Shown here: piece by piece, positions 47,009 through 57,768 of the stretch
Layout: each line of letters begins with the position of its first letter
How positions within the stretch are numbered: position 1 is the first letter of the stretch
NCBI GenBank assembly: GCA_039589315.1
Contig: JBDHHQ010000006.1
Span: forward strand, 73,010-137,009
Direction: 5' to 3'
Source: Gemmatimonadota bacterium
GTDB taxonomy: Bacteria > Gemmatimonadota > Gemmatimonadetes > Longimicrobiales > Gaopeijiaceae
DNA length: 64,000 nt
Translations under genes and position numbers: made by a program
The notes under the pieces: generated by a model
What the model was told of the DNA's origin: nothing
Seen by the model: the letters and a program-made list of their open reading frames with translations, nothing else
Databases searched by the model: none

Positions 47009-49807
47009 ATGGACTCAGACAGCGTCAGTGAGCGTGGGACCACAGGAACCCAGCCGGGTCAGGATCTCCGTGCTCCCTGGCACCGCCTGACTGCTGATTC
47101 CGCCCTCGAAGAGCTGCACGTCGGCGAAGACGGGCTGACGCCTTCAGAAGCGCGGGATCGCCAATCGGTCCACGGCCTCAACGTGATCGGCGAAGAGGCG
47201 CGCATCCGGCCGCTCCGCATCCTCGCTCACCAGTTCACGGGCGCGCTGGTCCTGGTTCTGGCTGCTGCCGGCATGATCTCGCTGGCCATCGGTCATTGGG
47301 AAGACGCGGTGGTGATCAGCATCGTGCTCGTCCTGAACGCTACGATCGGCTTCGCACAGGAATACCGGGCCGAGCGGGCCATCGCGGCGCTGAAGGGTCT
47401 GGTCGCGCCTCGCTGTGTCGTGATGCGCGGCGGGCGGAGACGGGAGGTAGACAGTCGGGAGCTGGTCCCCGGCGACCTGGTGGCGCTGGACTCGGGGACA
47501 CGAATCCCGGCGGATCTACGCCTGATCCGGACGACGGCCCTGAGCGTGGACCAGTCGCTTCTGACCGGTGAGTCCGTACCGGTGGAGAAGTCGGCCACCT
47601 GGACGGCGACGGCCTCCGAAACGCCGGTTGCCGAGCGCCGAAACATGGCGTTCATGGGCACATCGGTGGCATCTGGCCGAGGCCGCGGCGTGGTGGTGAG
47701 CATCGGTGTCGAGACGGAGCTGGGCGCCATCGCCCAGGACATCCGCGCCGTAGAGCGGCCGGAGACACCGCTCCAACGCCGCATGGAGCGCTTCGGCCGA
47801 GGGGTGGCGGTGGCCATCGTGGTGCTGGCGGGTCTCACCTTCGCCCTCGGGCTCCTCCGCGGCGAGTCCATGTCCCAGATGTTCTTGACCGCCGTGGCCA
47901 TCGCGGTATCGGCCGTGCCTGAGGGCCTTCCCGTGGTGATGACCATCACGCTGGCCGTGGCTTCGCGCCGGATGGCCCGCCGCAACGCCTTCGTCCGCCG
48001 ACTGGCTGCGGTCGAGACGCTGGGAAGCTGCACGGTCATCGCCACCGACAAGACCGGGACGCTGACCGAGAACCGCATGACCGTCACGTCCGTCTGGGCG
48101 GGTGGTGAATCCTTCGCTGTGGGCGGCGGCGGCCTCGACACGGAGGGAGCGATCCTGTCCCGAGGCGAGCCCGCCACGGCGGAGCTGGAGTCACCCCTCT
48201 ACTGGACCCTCCTGGCGGGTGCCCTGTGCAACGAAGCGGAGCTGTCTACCGACGAGGACGGCGCCGTCCGCCCCCAGGGTGACCCCACGGAAGTGGCGCT
48301 TCTGATCGTCGCGGCGAAGGCGGGCCTGGTGCGGAAGACCGAGGATGCGGCCTATCCGCAGATCGACGCGGTGCCATTCGAGTCGCAGCGGGGGTGGGCA
48401 GCTTCCGTGCACCGGACGGACGGTGATTCGGTCGTGCTGGTCAAGGGGGCGCCTGAGCGGGTGATGGCCATGTGCGACTCGGTCCTGGTCACCGGCGGAG
48501 AAGCGGGTCTGGAGCCCGAGGCCATAGGCGTCGAGGCCGAGCGGATGGGGGCCGCCGGGCTCCGGGTCCTGGGCATGGCAGTGGGGCGCGGGGAGTCGGT
48601 GGCCGGCAGCGTCCTCGCCGGCTCGCCTCGAGGCCTGGTGTTCGCGGGGCTCACGGGCATGATGGACCCGCCGCGGCCGGAGGTGTCGGAGACGGTGGCG
48701 GCGTGTCGGCGGGCCGGCATTCGGGTTCTCATGGTGACCGGCGACCACGAGAGCACGGCGAGGTCGATCGCCCGGCAGGTGGGGATCGTGCATGAAGACG
48801 GCGCCACGGTCGTGGCCGGGGACCGCTTGGCGGCGCTCACGGAGGACGAGCTGATCGAGGCCCTGGAAGTGGGTCGCGTCTTCGCTCGGGTCGCGCCGGC
48901 GGACAAGCTCAGGATCGTGGAGTCCCTGTCTCGGGTGGGCCACGTCGTGGCGGTCACCGGCGACGGAGTCAACGACGCGCCTGCCCTGAAGGCCGCTCAC
49001 GTGGGCGCCGCCATGGGCAAGAGCGGCACGGACGTGGCCAAGGAGGCCAGCGACATCGTGTTGGCCGACGACCGGTTCGCCACCGTGGCCGCGGCGGTGG
49101 AAGGCGGACGAACTGCATTCGCCAACCTCCGCAACGCGACCTTCTTCCTCGTCTCTTCAGGAGCCGGCGAGCTTCTCGCGATCCTGGGGTCTCTGCTCCT
49201 TCGCTTGCCTCTGCCTCTGCTGCCGGCGCAGCTACTGTGGCTGAACGTGGTGACCAACGGGGTCGAGGACGTCGCGTTGGCCGTGGAGCCACCGGATCCT
49301 GCGCGCTTCCGGGATCCGCCCAGACGCATGACGGAGGGAATCCTCTCTCGCCGCCTACTCGAGCGCCTGGTGGTCACCGGGCTCGTGATGGCCGCAGGGA
49401 CGCTCTGGGTGTTCGTCGGAGAGTGGGGAGGGGACCCGGAGCGGTTGGCGGCGGCCAGGGTCGCGGCGCTCACCACGCTCGTGCTGTACCAGGTGTTTCA
49501 TGTGGGAAGCTGCAGGTCGGAGACCCGGTCCGCTTTCGCCATGAGCCCCTTCTCCAACCGGTTCCTCTTCTTCGGTGTGGGTGCATCCCTCCTGTTGCAC
49601 GTCGGCGCGATGTACTTTCCACCGACCCAGGTGCTACTGCAGCTCGAGCCTCTGGGGGCGGAGACATGGCTGCGCATGGCGGCCGTGGCCACCACGGTCG
49701 TGATCGCCGTGGAGCTTCACAAGCGTCTTCGTCCCCCGGCCAGCCGTCGTGGACGCGGAAACGCGGCGACGCGGACGGCCCGCGACCCCGAACCGGTCAT
49801 GCCATGA
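47009..49807 (+). CDS. P-type cation-transporting ATPase, P2A (CtpF/Ca2+-like)
   Basis: LTGES, PEGLP, DKTGTLT, GDPTE, KGAPE, DPPR, TGDH, GDGVNDAPAL, QLLWLN. Confidence 0.95.
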   Translation: MDSDSVSERGTTGTQPGQDLRAPWHRLTADSALEELHVGEDGLTPSEARDRQSVHGLNVIGEEARIRPLRILAHQFTGALVLVLAAAGMISLAIGHWEDAVVISIVLVLNATIGFAQEYRAERAIAALKGLVAPRCVVMRGGRRREVDSRELVPGDLVALDSGTRIPADLRLIRTTALSVDQSLLTGESVPVEKSATWTATASETPVAERRNMAFMGTSVASGRGRGVVVSIGVETELGAIAQDIRAVERPETPLQRRMERFGRGVAVAIVVLAGLTFALGLLRGESMSQMFLTAVAIAVSAVPEGLPVVMTITLAVASRRMARRNAFVRRLAAVETLGSCTVIATDKTGTLTENRMTVTSVWAGGESFAVGGGGLDTEGAILSRGEPATAELESPLYWTLLAGALCNEAELSTDEDGAVRPQGDPTEVALLIVAAKAGLVRKTEDAAYPQIDAVPFESQRGWAASVHRTDGDSVVLVKGAPERVMAMCDSVLVTGGEAGLEPEAIGVEAERMGAAGLRVLGMAVGRGESVAGSVLAGSPRGLVFAGLTGMMDPPRPEVSETVAACRRAGIRVLMVTGDHESTARSIARQVGIVHEDGATVVAGDRLAALTEDELIEALEVGRVFARVAPADKLRIVESLSRVGHVVAVTGDGVNDAPALKAAHVGAAMGKSGTDVAKEASDIVLADDRFATVAAAVEGGRTAFANLRNATFFLVSSGAGELLAILGSLLLRLPLPLLPAQLLWLNVVTNGVEDVALAVEPPDPARFRDPPRRMTEGILSRRLLERLVVTGLVMAAGTLWVFVGEWGGDPERLAAARVAALTTLVLYQVFHVGSCRSETRSAFAMSPFSNRFLFFGVGASLLLHVGAMYFPPTQVLLQLEPLGAETWLRMAAVATTVVIAVELHKRLRPPASRRGRGNAATRTARDPEPVMP

Positions 49808-51171
49808 GCGACACGCCCGTGTCATCAGCGCCCGAGAGAGTACTCGAAGGCGCGCTGCTGACCGACCTGTACGAGCTCACCATGCTTCAGGCCTACTGGT
49901 CCGGCACAATGACCCAGGAAGCCGTCTTCAGTCTCTTCGTCCGCCGCCTCCCCTCGTCGCGAAATCTCCTTTTGGCGTGTGGCCTACAGGACGCCCTGGA
50001 CTATCTGGAGGGTCTACGCTTCACTCCTGACGATCTCGACTATCTGGTTGGCCTGGACCTGTTCTCCAAGGAGTTTCTGCGGTGGTTGGAAGGCCTCCGG
50101 TTCACCGGAGACGTGTATGCCGTCGCCGAGGGGACGCCGGTCTTCGCCGAGGAGCCCCTGATGGAGGTGGTCGCTCCGCTGCCCGAGGCCCAGCTCGCAG
50201 AGAGCTTTCTCATGAACCAGGTCCACTTCCAGACGCTGGCCGCTTCCAAGGCGTGCCGGGTCGTCCAGGCCGCGGAGGGGCGAACGGTGGTGGACTTCGG
50301 CATGCGTCGCATCCACGGTGCCGACGCAGCGGTGAAAGCAGCCAGGGCCTTCCACGTGGCCGGGGTCCACGCCACCAGCAACGTGCTGGCGGGCAAGTTG
50401 TACGGGATTCCGGTGGCCGGCACGATGGCTCACAGCTTCGTGCAGGCCCACGACCGCGAGCTGGACGCATTCCGGGACTTCGTCTCGCTGTATCCCGAGA
50501 CCATCCTCCTGGTGGACACCTACGACACGTTGGACGGGGTGCGGAGCGTGGTGCGCCTCGCCAAGGAGATGGGTGAGGCGTTCGCGGTGCGAGGCGTGCG
50601 CCTTGACTCCGGGGATCTCGCCGACCTCGCCAAGGGCGCGCGTCGCATTCTGGACGAAGCCGGGCTGGAGGGGGTGGAGATCTTTGCCAGCGGCAGCCTG
50701 GACGAGTACGAGATCGCCCGCCTCGTAGACGGCGGTGCCCCGATCACGGGCTTCGGGGTCGGTACCCGGATGGGGGTCTCCGCCGACGCTCCGTCCCTGG
50801 ACATGGCGTACAAGCTCACCGCCTATGGCGGGCGGGGTCGCCTGAAGCTCTCGCCCGCCAAGAGGATCCTCCCGGGCCGGAAGCAGATCTTCCGCACGGA
50901 GCGGAGCGGCACGGCCGTCGGAGACGTGCTGGCCCGCGCCGACGAACGGCTGCCTGGCCGGCCGCTGCTCCAGAAGGTGATGGAGGGAGGGGTGCGCCTG
51001 CCCAACGCCTCGCCCTCGCTCGACGAGATCCGTGACCGGGCCCGGCAGGAGCTCGGGCTGCTCGCTCCGGAGCTGAGGGGGATCGAACCTGCCGAGCGAC
51101 CCTACCGGGTCGAGATGAGCCCGAGCCTGACCGCATATGCCGAGAGGTTGGCGGAGGAGGCGAGGACATGA
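49804..51171 (+). CDS. pncB: Nicotinate phosphoribosyltransferase
   Basis: LLTDLYELTM, DFGMRR.HG, GTMAHS, LVDTYDT, RLDSGDL, FGVGT, YKL; ATGA overlap with the ATPase. Confidence 0.95.
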   Translation: MSDTPVSSAPERVLEGALLTDLYELTMLQAYWSGTMTQEAVFSLFVRRLPSSRNLLLACGLQDALDYLEGLRFTPDDLDYLVGLDLFSKEFLRWLEGLRFTGDVYAVAEGTPVFAEEPLMEVVAPLPEAQLAESFLMNQVHFQTLAASKACRVVQAAEGRTVVDFGMRRIHGADAAVKAARAFHVAGVHATSNVLAGKLYGIPVAGTMAHSFVQAHDRELDAFRDFVSLYPETILLVDTYDTLDGVRSVVRLAKEMGEAFAVRGVRLDSGDLADLAKGARRILDEAGLEGVEIFASGSLDEYEIARLVDGGAPITGFGVGTRMGVSADAPSLDMAYKLTAYGGRGRLKLSPAKRILPGRKQIFRTERSGTAVGDVLARADERLPGRPLLQKVMEGGVRLPNASPSLDEIRDRARQELGLLAPELRGIEPAERPYRVEMSPSLTAYAERLAEEART

Positions 51172-52109
51172 CTGCGGCGGGTAGGCGGACCCGCTCCCAG
51201 TGGCGGCGGACCCGCTACGCCGTGAGCAACGCGGACGTGGCGGACGCCCTGGAGCGGGTTGGCGATCTGCTGGAGGTCCAGGACGGGAACCCGTTCCGGA
51301 TCCGGGCCTACCGGTCTGCCGCCGGCACGATGCGAACGCTCGATACACCCGTTTCCGTCCTCGTGCTGGAGGGCGATCCCGGCGCGCTGGAGCGTCTGCC
51401 CGGCATCGGAGCCGGGCTGGCGGGCGCCATTCGGGAGTTCGTGCTGACCGGTAGAATGCGCCTGCTGGATCGGCTGGAGGGGCAGGTCTGTCCGGAGGAT
51501 CTGCTCCGGACCGTGCCGGGCATCGGGCCGGAGCTCGCCCGGCGCATCCACCGGGACCTGGACGTGGAGACGTTGGAGGACCTGGAGCTGGCGGCGCACG
51601 ACGGTCGGCTCGAGACGGTCGAGGGCTTTGGACATCGGCGTGCGGAGGCGGTTCGGCAGACGCTCTCGGGCATGCTGGGGCAGGCCGTCCGGCGACGAGC
51701 CCTCGGCCGGGGACGAAGATGGGGGCCGTCCGTAGACGCCGGCCTGGGGGGTCTGGAGCAGCCCGACGCGCCGTCCGTGGCCGCGCTGCTGTCCGCGGAC
51801 GAGGAGTACCGTCAGAAGGCCGCTGTTGACGAGTTGCCCATGATCGCGCCCCGCCGGTTCAACCCCACCGGAGAGGCGTGGCTGCCCATCCTCCACACCG
51901 AGCGGGATGGCTGGCACATCACGGCGCTCTTTTCCAACACGGCTCGTGCCCACGAGCTGGGTCGAACGCACGACTGGGTGGTGATCTACGCCGACGGTGA
52001 GCACGGTGCCGAGCAGCGCTTTACTGTCGTGACGGAGTACCAGGGTGACCTGGCCGGCCGACGAGTGGTGCGGGGGCGCGAGCTGGAGTCACGCCTCTAC
52101 TACGGCTGA
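51168..52109 (+). CDS. Helix-hairpin-helix protein (PolX N-terminal-like) with a C-terminal domain of unknown function
   Basis: NPFRIRAYR, LPGIG, VPGIGP, VETLEDLE..AHDGRL, VEGFG; no polymerase palm; C-terminal IAPRRFNP..ALFSNTARAHELG..DWVV. Confidence 0.8.
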   Translation: MTAAGRRTRSQWRRTRYAVSNADVADALERVGDLLEVQDGNPFRIRAYRSAAGTMRTLDTPVSVLVLEGDPGALERLPGIGAGLAGAIREFVLTGRMRLLDRLEGQVCPEDLLRTVPGIGPELARRIHRDLDVETLEDLELAAHDGRLETVEGFGHRRAEAVRQTLSGMLGQAVRRRALGRGRRWGPSVDAGLGGLEQPDAPSVAALLSADEEYRQKAAVDELPMIAPRRFNPTGEAWLPILHTERDGWHITALFSNTARAHELGRTHDWVVIYADGEHGAEQRFTVVTEYQGDLAGRRVVRGRELESRLYYG

Positions 52110-53740
52110 GGCCGACCTGGCGCCACGGCCCACTCCCTCTCTCTCAGCTCCCGCCGGAGAATCTTGCCACTCACGGTCTTGGGGAGTGCCTCGACGAACT
52201 CCACCTTCCGCGGGTACTTGAACGGAGCGGTGGTCTCCTTGACATGCTCCTGGAGGGCGTGGATCAGATCGTCGTCGGGCTCGGTGCCCGGCGTCAGAAC
52301 CACGAACGCCTTCACCACCTCGCCCCGTACGGCGTCGGGGCTCGAGACCACGGCCGATTCGGCTACTGCCTGGTGCTCCAGCAGCGCGCTCTCCACCTCG
52401 AAGGGGCCGATGCGATACCCCGACGAGATGATCACGTCGTCGGCCCGGGCGATGAACCAGAAGTAACCGTCCCCGTCCCGGGTGGCCCGGTCCCCCGTGA
52501 CGTACCAGGGACCCCGGTACGTGCTCGCCGTCTTCGCGGGGTCCTTCCAGTACTCCTTGAAGATCCCGACAGGACGGTCCGGCGAGACCCGGACCGCAAG
52601 GTCGCCTCGCTCTCCGGCCGGGAGCGCGTGGCCGCCTTCGTCGATTACGGCCAGTTCGAACCCGGGCGCCGCAACGCCCATGGAGCCGGGCCGGGGCTCG
52701 ACGTCCGTGAACGTCCCCGCCAGCACCACCGTTTCCGTCTGTCCGTACCCGTCCCGGATCGTGATCCCGGTCGCCCTCCTCCAGGTCGCCACGATCTCGG
52801 GGTTGAGCGGCTCACCGGCGGCGACGCACGAACGCAGCGTGGCGAACTCGAAGCGAGCCGGATCCTCCAGCACGAGCATGCGGTACACCGTTGGCGCTCC
52901 GCAGAAGCTGGACACCGGGTGCGCAGCCAACAGCTCCAGCGCCCGCTCCGGCTCGAACTGCTTCGCATGGTGCACGAACACGGCTGCTCCCATGTGCCAG
53001 GGGCCGAAGATGGAGCTCCAGGCGGCCTTGGCCCACCCCGTGTCGCTCAGATTCCAGTGGAGATCTTCGGGGCCTAGCCCCAGCCAGAAGCGCCCGGTGA
53101 TCACGTGGGCGAGAGGGTAGGACGCATGGGTATGCATCACCATCTTGGGCGCGCCGGTCGTGCCGGACGTGAAGTAGAGGATGGCGTTGTCGTCACTTCG
53201 GGTCGGGACGGCCGGAAAGTCGGACGAAGCCTCCCGAACCGCATCGTCGCAGGAGATCCACCCCGGCCGTTCGTCGCCGACGAGCAACCGGCCGCGCACC
53301 TCCGGGAAGTCGTCCATGACCTCGTCCACGTGCTGGGCGGTGTCGGCGTCGGCGACCACACACGCGGGCCGAGCTGCCCGGAGCCTGTAGGCGATGTCCT
53401 TGGGGGAAAGCTGGACCGTCCCGGGGCACACCACCGCGCCCATCCGCAGGCACGCGAGGTTGAGCACCCACCACTCCACGAGCGCAGGCAGCAACACGAG
53501 CACGACGTCGCCACGCCTCACCCCCAGGGACGCGAGGACGTTCGCCGCGCGCCGGCTCCGTCGGGCCATCTCGTCGAAGGTGACACGGAGCTCTTGGCCC
53601 TGGTCGTCGACCCAAAGGAGGGCCAGCTTCTCGGATTCCTCGGCCCAGAGATCCACGACGTCGGCGGCGAAGTTGTACCGCGCCGGGACGTCCAGTCGGA
53701 AGTCCTCGCGCGAGATCGTCCCGGTCAAAACAGCCCCCAC
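52100..53740 (-). CDS. Acyl-CoA synthetase (medium-chain/ACSM-like AMP-binding enzyme)
   Basis: YFTSGTTGAPK, DTGWAK, AGEPLNP, GYGQTET, SSGYRIGPFEVES, LPKTVSGK. Confidence 0.93.
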   Translation of the reverse strand: MGAVLTGTISREDFRLDVPARYNFAADVVDLWAEESEKLALLWVDDQGQELRVTFDEMARRSRRAANVLASLGVRRGDVVLVLLPALVEWWVLNLACLRMGAVVCPGTVQLSPKDIAYRLRAARPACVVADADTAQHVDEVMDDFPEVRGRLLVGDERPGWISCDDAVREASSDFPAVPTRSDDNAILYFTSGTTGAPKMVMHTHASYPLAHVITGRFWLGLGPEDLHWNLSDTGWAKAAWSSIFGPWHMGAAVFVHHAKQFEPERALELLAAHPVSSFCGAPTVYRMLVLEDPARFEFATLRSCVAAGEPLNPEIVATWRRATGITIRDGYGQTETVVLAGTFTDVEPRPGSMGVAAPGFELAVIDEGGHALPAGERGDLAVRVSPDRPVGIFKEYWKDPAKTASTYRGPWYVTGDRATRDGDGYFWFIARADDVIISSGYRIGPFEVESALLEHQAVAESAVVSSPDAVRGEVVKAFVVLTPGTEPDDDLIHALQEHVKETTAPFKYPRKVEFVEALPKTVSGKILRRELREREWAVAPGRPQP

Positions 53741-54837
53741 CGGCGACGGCTCATGGCGGCGCGAACCCGCTCGGTCGCCAGGGCCTCTGCAGCCTCCCGT
53801 GGCAGAATCCCCCGGTCCCGGGAGGTCGACAAAACGCGTCCGGTGTTCTCCCGGAGCTTCTCCTCGATGGTCTCGAGGGCCTGCGTTCGGGTTCCCCCCG
53901 CGTACTCGACGGCTGCGCAGATCACGCCGCCGGCGTTGGCGATGAAATCGGGCAAGACGACGACGCCGGCCTCCGCGAGCGTCCGCTCAGCGGCTTCCGT
54001 GCATGGGATGTTCGCCCCCTGAGCAATCAATCGAGTCTTCAGCCGGTGGACGTTGTCCTCGCGGATTACGTCGGGCCGGGCCGCCGGCACCCAGATTTCG
54101 CACTCGATATCGAGCACGGCGTCGCGATCCAGGGCCTCGCCGGTAGGGTGATCGGCAACGCTTCCGCCTCCGTCCTTGGTGCGGATGAGCTTCTCCACGT
54201 CCAGCCCATCCGGGTCGGAGATCGCGCCGCGCGAGTCCGAGGCGCCCACGAGCACGGCGCCCTCCTGACAGAGGAAACGCGCCGCGTGCTTGCCGACGGC
54301 GCCGAACCCCTGGATCACCAACCGAGCTCCGGCGAGCTCGAAGTCACAGTACTCCACTGCCACGAGCACGGAATGGGTGAGTCCGAAGCCGGTGGCCCCG
54401 ATCTCGTCGAGAGGGATCCCACCCGAATCATCCGGCAGGCCCACGACGCGACCGATCTCGTCCCGGATCCACGCCATGCACGTCTCGTCGGTGCCCATGT
54501 CGGGCCCGGGGATGTAGCTCAGGTCGTCCCGTATGGACGAGGCGAAGCAGCGCAAGAGGCGCTCTTTCTCCCTGGCGGGCATCCCGGGGTCCGCGGCGAT
54601 GACCGCCTTGCCGCCTCCGTGGGGCAGTCCCGCGGCGGCGTTCTTCAGGGTCATGGCCCGGGCCAATCGCGCACATTCCTCGGCAGTGACGTCCGGGGCC
54701 AGGCGAATGCCCCCGATGGAGGGGCCGATGGCCACGTTGTCGACCACGACCATGCCCTCGAGCCCGACCGCCCGGTTCTGGAGGTACAAGACCCGGAAGG
54801 GGCCCAGGTCGTCAGCGCGGGGTAGAGAAAGGTCCAT
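53725..54837 (-). CDS. Glu/Leu/Phe/Val dehydrogenase
   Basis: GPSIGGIR, MTLKNA, GGGKA, GPDMGT, QGFGAVG, GAN, PDFIANAGGV. Confidence 0.92.
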   Translation of the reverse strand: MDLSLPRADDLGPFRVLYLQNRAVGLEGMVVVDNVAIGPSIGGIRLAPDVTAEECARLARAMTLKNAAAGLPHGGGKAVIAADPGMPAREKERLLRCFASSIRDDLSYIPGPDMGTDETCMAWIRDEIGRVVGLPDDSGGIPLDEIGATGFGLTHSVLVAVEYCDFELAGARLVIQGFGAVGKHAARFLCQEGAVLVGASDSRGAISDPDGLDVEKLIRTKDGGGSVADHPTGEALDRDAVLDIECEIWVPAARPDVIREDNVHRLKTRLIAQGANIPCTEAAERTLAEAGVVVLPDFIANAGGVICAAVEYAGGTRTQALETIEEKLRENTGRVLSTSRDRGILPREAAEALATERVRAAMSRRRWGLF

Positions 54838-54980
54838 GCGGAAGTTCCTTGTCCTGGTGTTTCCGTGGTTTCAGCGGCTTGCGGGAATGGTGCGCGAATC
54901 CGAACCGGGTTTGACATCACGGGCAAGCGGACAGCGCGGAAGACCACCGAGCGGGTGGCGATGATCGCGAGGCGTACGGT

Positions 54981-57491
54981 CTACGGGGTCTCCTTGCCTT
55001 CCGAACCGGGCATATCGTCGTCCGGGACCGCCACGCCGCCGTCCTCTTCCATCTCCTCGACAACGGCCACCTGCTCCTCGCCGGGCCCCGCGTCGGGGCC
55101 CCCGAACGCCTTCCACTGACGCGCCCAGGCCTTCAGCTGGCTCATGACCCGACCGTCGACGGAATCGGGCGGATAGCTGCCGTCCTCGTCCGGTTCCCCG
55201 GCATCGAGCCCGCTCAGGATCGGCCACCCCTCTTCGAATTGGTCGATGGCGTAGACCTTGAATCGCCCGCTCTCCGCAGCGGTCCGCACCTCGGTGCTCA
55301 AGGTCAGGTTCTCGAGGTTCTTCCTGGGCACGACGACGCCTGTGGGGCCCTCGTAGCCCACCGCCTCACAGGCAGCGAAGAAGCCTTCGATCTTCTCGGT
55401 GACGCCGCCTACCGGGAGGATGACTCCATCCTGGTTCAGGGCACCGGTCACCGCGATCCCTCGCTCCAGGGGGAACCCGCCGATGGCGGACATGAGGGCG
55501 TAGAGCTCGGCCGCGGAGGCGCTGTCCCCCTCCACCTCCTCGTACAGCTGGTCGAAGGAGAGGCTCGCCGAGAGAATCAGAGGCAGCTTCTGGGCGAAGC
55601 GCTGTCCCAGGTACCCCGAGAGGACGAGAAAGCCCTTGTTGTGAATGGGCCCGCTGAGGCGCGCTTCTCGCTCGATGTTCACCACCCCACCGGTGCCGAG
55701 GAAGGCGCTCGCCATGACCCGAATGGGCCTACCGAAAGGCCGCCGCCCCACCTGGATCAACCCGATGCCGTAGAGCTCGCCAACGGCCTGGCCTTCGGGC
55801 TGGAAGTCGAGCGTTCCCCGGTGAATCAGGTCCAGGATCTCCCTGTGGGGTCGCTGCTCGCGCCGGTCCCGCGCCGCCAGGGCCTCCGCGACGGCGCTAC
55901 CCGTAACGACGGATTCCCCGGCCCCGCCAGCTTGGTGGGCCGCCTCTTTGAGCAGGTCGGCGACCTCGCCGAAGCGCGTGCTGAGCTTGTTCTGGTTGCC
56001 AACGAGGCGCGCGCCTTCCTCGACGACGCGCGCCACTGCGTCGGCATCGAAGGGGGGAAGATCCTGAGACCGGCATTGTCCGGCGATGAAATCGGCGTAT
56101 TGCGTCTCGGTCTCCCGGGATCGCTCCATCCAGGGGCTGAAGTCGACCTTGACCTTGAACAGGGAGGCGAACTCGCTGTCAACTTGCCGAAGCAGATAGT
56201 AGAGACGTGGCTCGCCGTAGATGACGACCTTGAGGCGCGCGGGTATCGGCTGGGGCTCGAGGGAATCGGACACGGAAAGGCCCAGCTCGGACGCGGCGTC
56301 GGCCGGCGTCAGCTCGCGAGTGCGCAGGGCCCGCTTGAGGGCCGGCCACACGAGCGGTCGGGAGAAGAGCTCGCCGGCCTCGAGCACCAGGTATCCTCCG
56401 TTCGCCCGCTGCACCGCTCCGGGCGAGATCCGGGTGAAGTCGGTGACCATGATCCCGAACCGCAGCTCCCCCTCCGTGCGGCCGAAGAGGTTCCGGAGGT
56501 TGGGGTTGGAGACCTCGGCTACGGGTGTTGTCGCGTCCGGGGGGTGACAGACCAGGGCGTTGATCTGGTACCTGCGGAAGAAGTCCTCTCTACCGGCTCT
56601 CTGGATGGCTGCCAGAGGATCGTTCTCATCCTCCGCACTGGCGAACCTCGTCGCATGGCGGACCATGTCCTCAGCCACCCTCTCCAGGTATTGGGCCACG
56701 TTCTTCACGTTGGCGTGCTTTTCCTCGAGGTGGCCGATGCGTTGGATCACCAGGTTGCGAGCCACCTGCTGGTGGAGCTCGCCTACCTCCTCCCGGGCCC
56801 GCCTCCCGATCTCGTGGACCTCGCGCTGCGCGGCCTGAACGCGTTTCCCGGCGGCGTCTACGTGTTCGTCGATGGTCTTCTGGTGGTCCTCCGGAAGCGC
56901 CCGATACTGCTCCCGGTCGATGGCCTCGCCTCCCCGGGCCGGCACGACGATCTGAGCATCGAGGTCGCCGATCAGCGCCACGTACTGGTCCTCCACCAGG
57001 TTCTCCCGGAGTCGCTCCATGAGCTCGGTGGCTTCTTTGCCACGGCTCGACAGGATCGCCTGGCGCCGTCCCGCCACGTCCTCGGCCCGGAGGGCTTCCG
57101 GCACGGAGCGGCGAAGGTCCTCCAGCAGCTCCTCCATGTCCTGCTGTAGCTTTCGTGCCTGCCCGGCGGGAAGCTCGAGAGCCTGGGGACGACGGGAATC
57201 GTCGAAGTTGAACACGTAGCACCAGTCGGAGGGGCGTTTCCCGGTCCGGGCCCGCTCGGCCAGCGCTTGTCGGATGAAGGTGAGCCGTCCCGAGCCAGGA
57301 GAACCCAGAACGAAGACGTTGTGACCCGGAGACACGATGGAGAGCCCGAAGTCCAACGCCTCCATGGCCAGAGATTGTCCGAAGACGGCCTCGCTGGGCG
57401 TGAGCTCATCCGTCGACCGGAAGGGAAAGCTGGCGGGGTCCGTGGTTCGGTGGAGCTCGGAGGCCTTCAGGGGTTCTGGTCGCTTCGGCAT
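54981..57491 (-). CDS. Lon-like protease, LonC/YcbZ type (AAA_32 + Lon_C)
   Basis: GQ..A.EAL.FG, degenerate Walker A GSPGSGR, RANGGYL, FKVKVDF, EGDSAS and GGVTEKIEGF Ser-Lys dyad. Confidence 0.9.
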   Translation of the reverse strand: MPKRPEPLKASELHRTTDPASFPFRSTDELTPSEAVFGQSLAMEALDFGLSIVSPGHNVFVLGSPGSGRLTFIRQALAERARTGKRPSDWCYVFNFDDSRRPQALELPAGQARKLQQDMEELLEDLRRSVPEALRAEDVAGRRQAILSSRGKEATELMERLRENLVEDQYVALIGDLDAQIVVPARGGEAIDREQYRALPEDHQKTIDEHVDAAGKRVQAAQREVHEIGRRAREEVGELHQQVARNLVIQRIGHLEEKHANVKNVAQYLERVAEDMVRHATRFASAEDENDPLAAIQRAGREDFFRRYQINALVCHPPDATTPVAEVSNPNLRNLFGRTEGELRFGIMVTDFTRISPGAVQRANGGYLVLEAGELFSRPLVWPALKRALRTRELTPADAASELGLSVSDSLEPQPIPARLKVVIYGEPRLYYLLRQVDSEFASLFKVKVDFSPWMERSRETETQYADFIAGQCRSQDLPPFDADAVARVVEEGARLVGNQNKLSTRFGEVADLLKEAAHQAGGAGESVVTGSAVAEALAARDRREQRPHREILDLIHRGTLDFQPEGQAVGELYGIGLIQVGRRPFGRPIRVMASAFLGTGGVVNIEREARLSGPIHNKGFLVLSGYLGQRFAQKLPLILSASLSFDQLYEEVEGDSASAAELYALMSAIGGFPLERGIAVTGALNQDGVILPVGGVTEKIEGFFAACEAVGYEGPTGVVVPRKNLENLTLSTEVRTAAESGRFKVYAIDQFEEGWPILSGLDAGEPDEDGSYPPDSVDGRVMSQLKAWARQWKAFGGPDAGPGEEQVAVVEEMEEDGGVAVPDDDMPGSEGKETP

Positions 57492-57768
57492 GGTCCGCAC
57501 GTGGTGTTGGCCGGCGCAGGCGAGGTCGGGTGACACAAACGCTCGGACCGGGTCGCTTCGACAGGCACCTGTAACTGGCCATGGGGACCCACTTCCCACA
57601 AGAGGCGTCCCATGGAGCGGCGAGCCGACTTCCGGGCGGCCAGGAGATTGCACGCGGCGGACTCCGGTTCACATCTCCCTGGCGGATGTCACCGGCTCGA
57701 AGCACCGGCTCGCTTCCGCTCGTAGGCGACGCGTCCGAGGAGCCGGCACGGCCGAGGAGAGGAGCCAG

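Noticed and set aside
51168..52109. Active DNA polymerase X
   Set aside because: No GSxRR/DxD palm motif or PHP domain.
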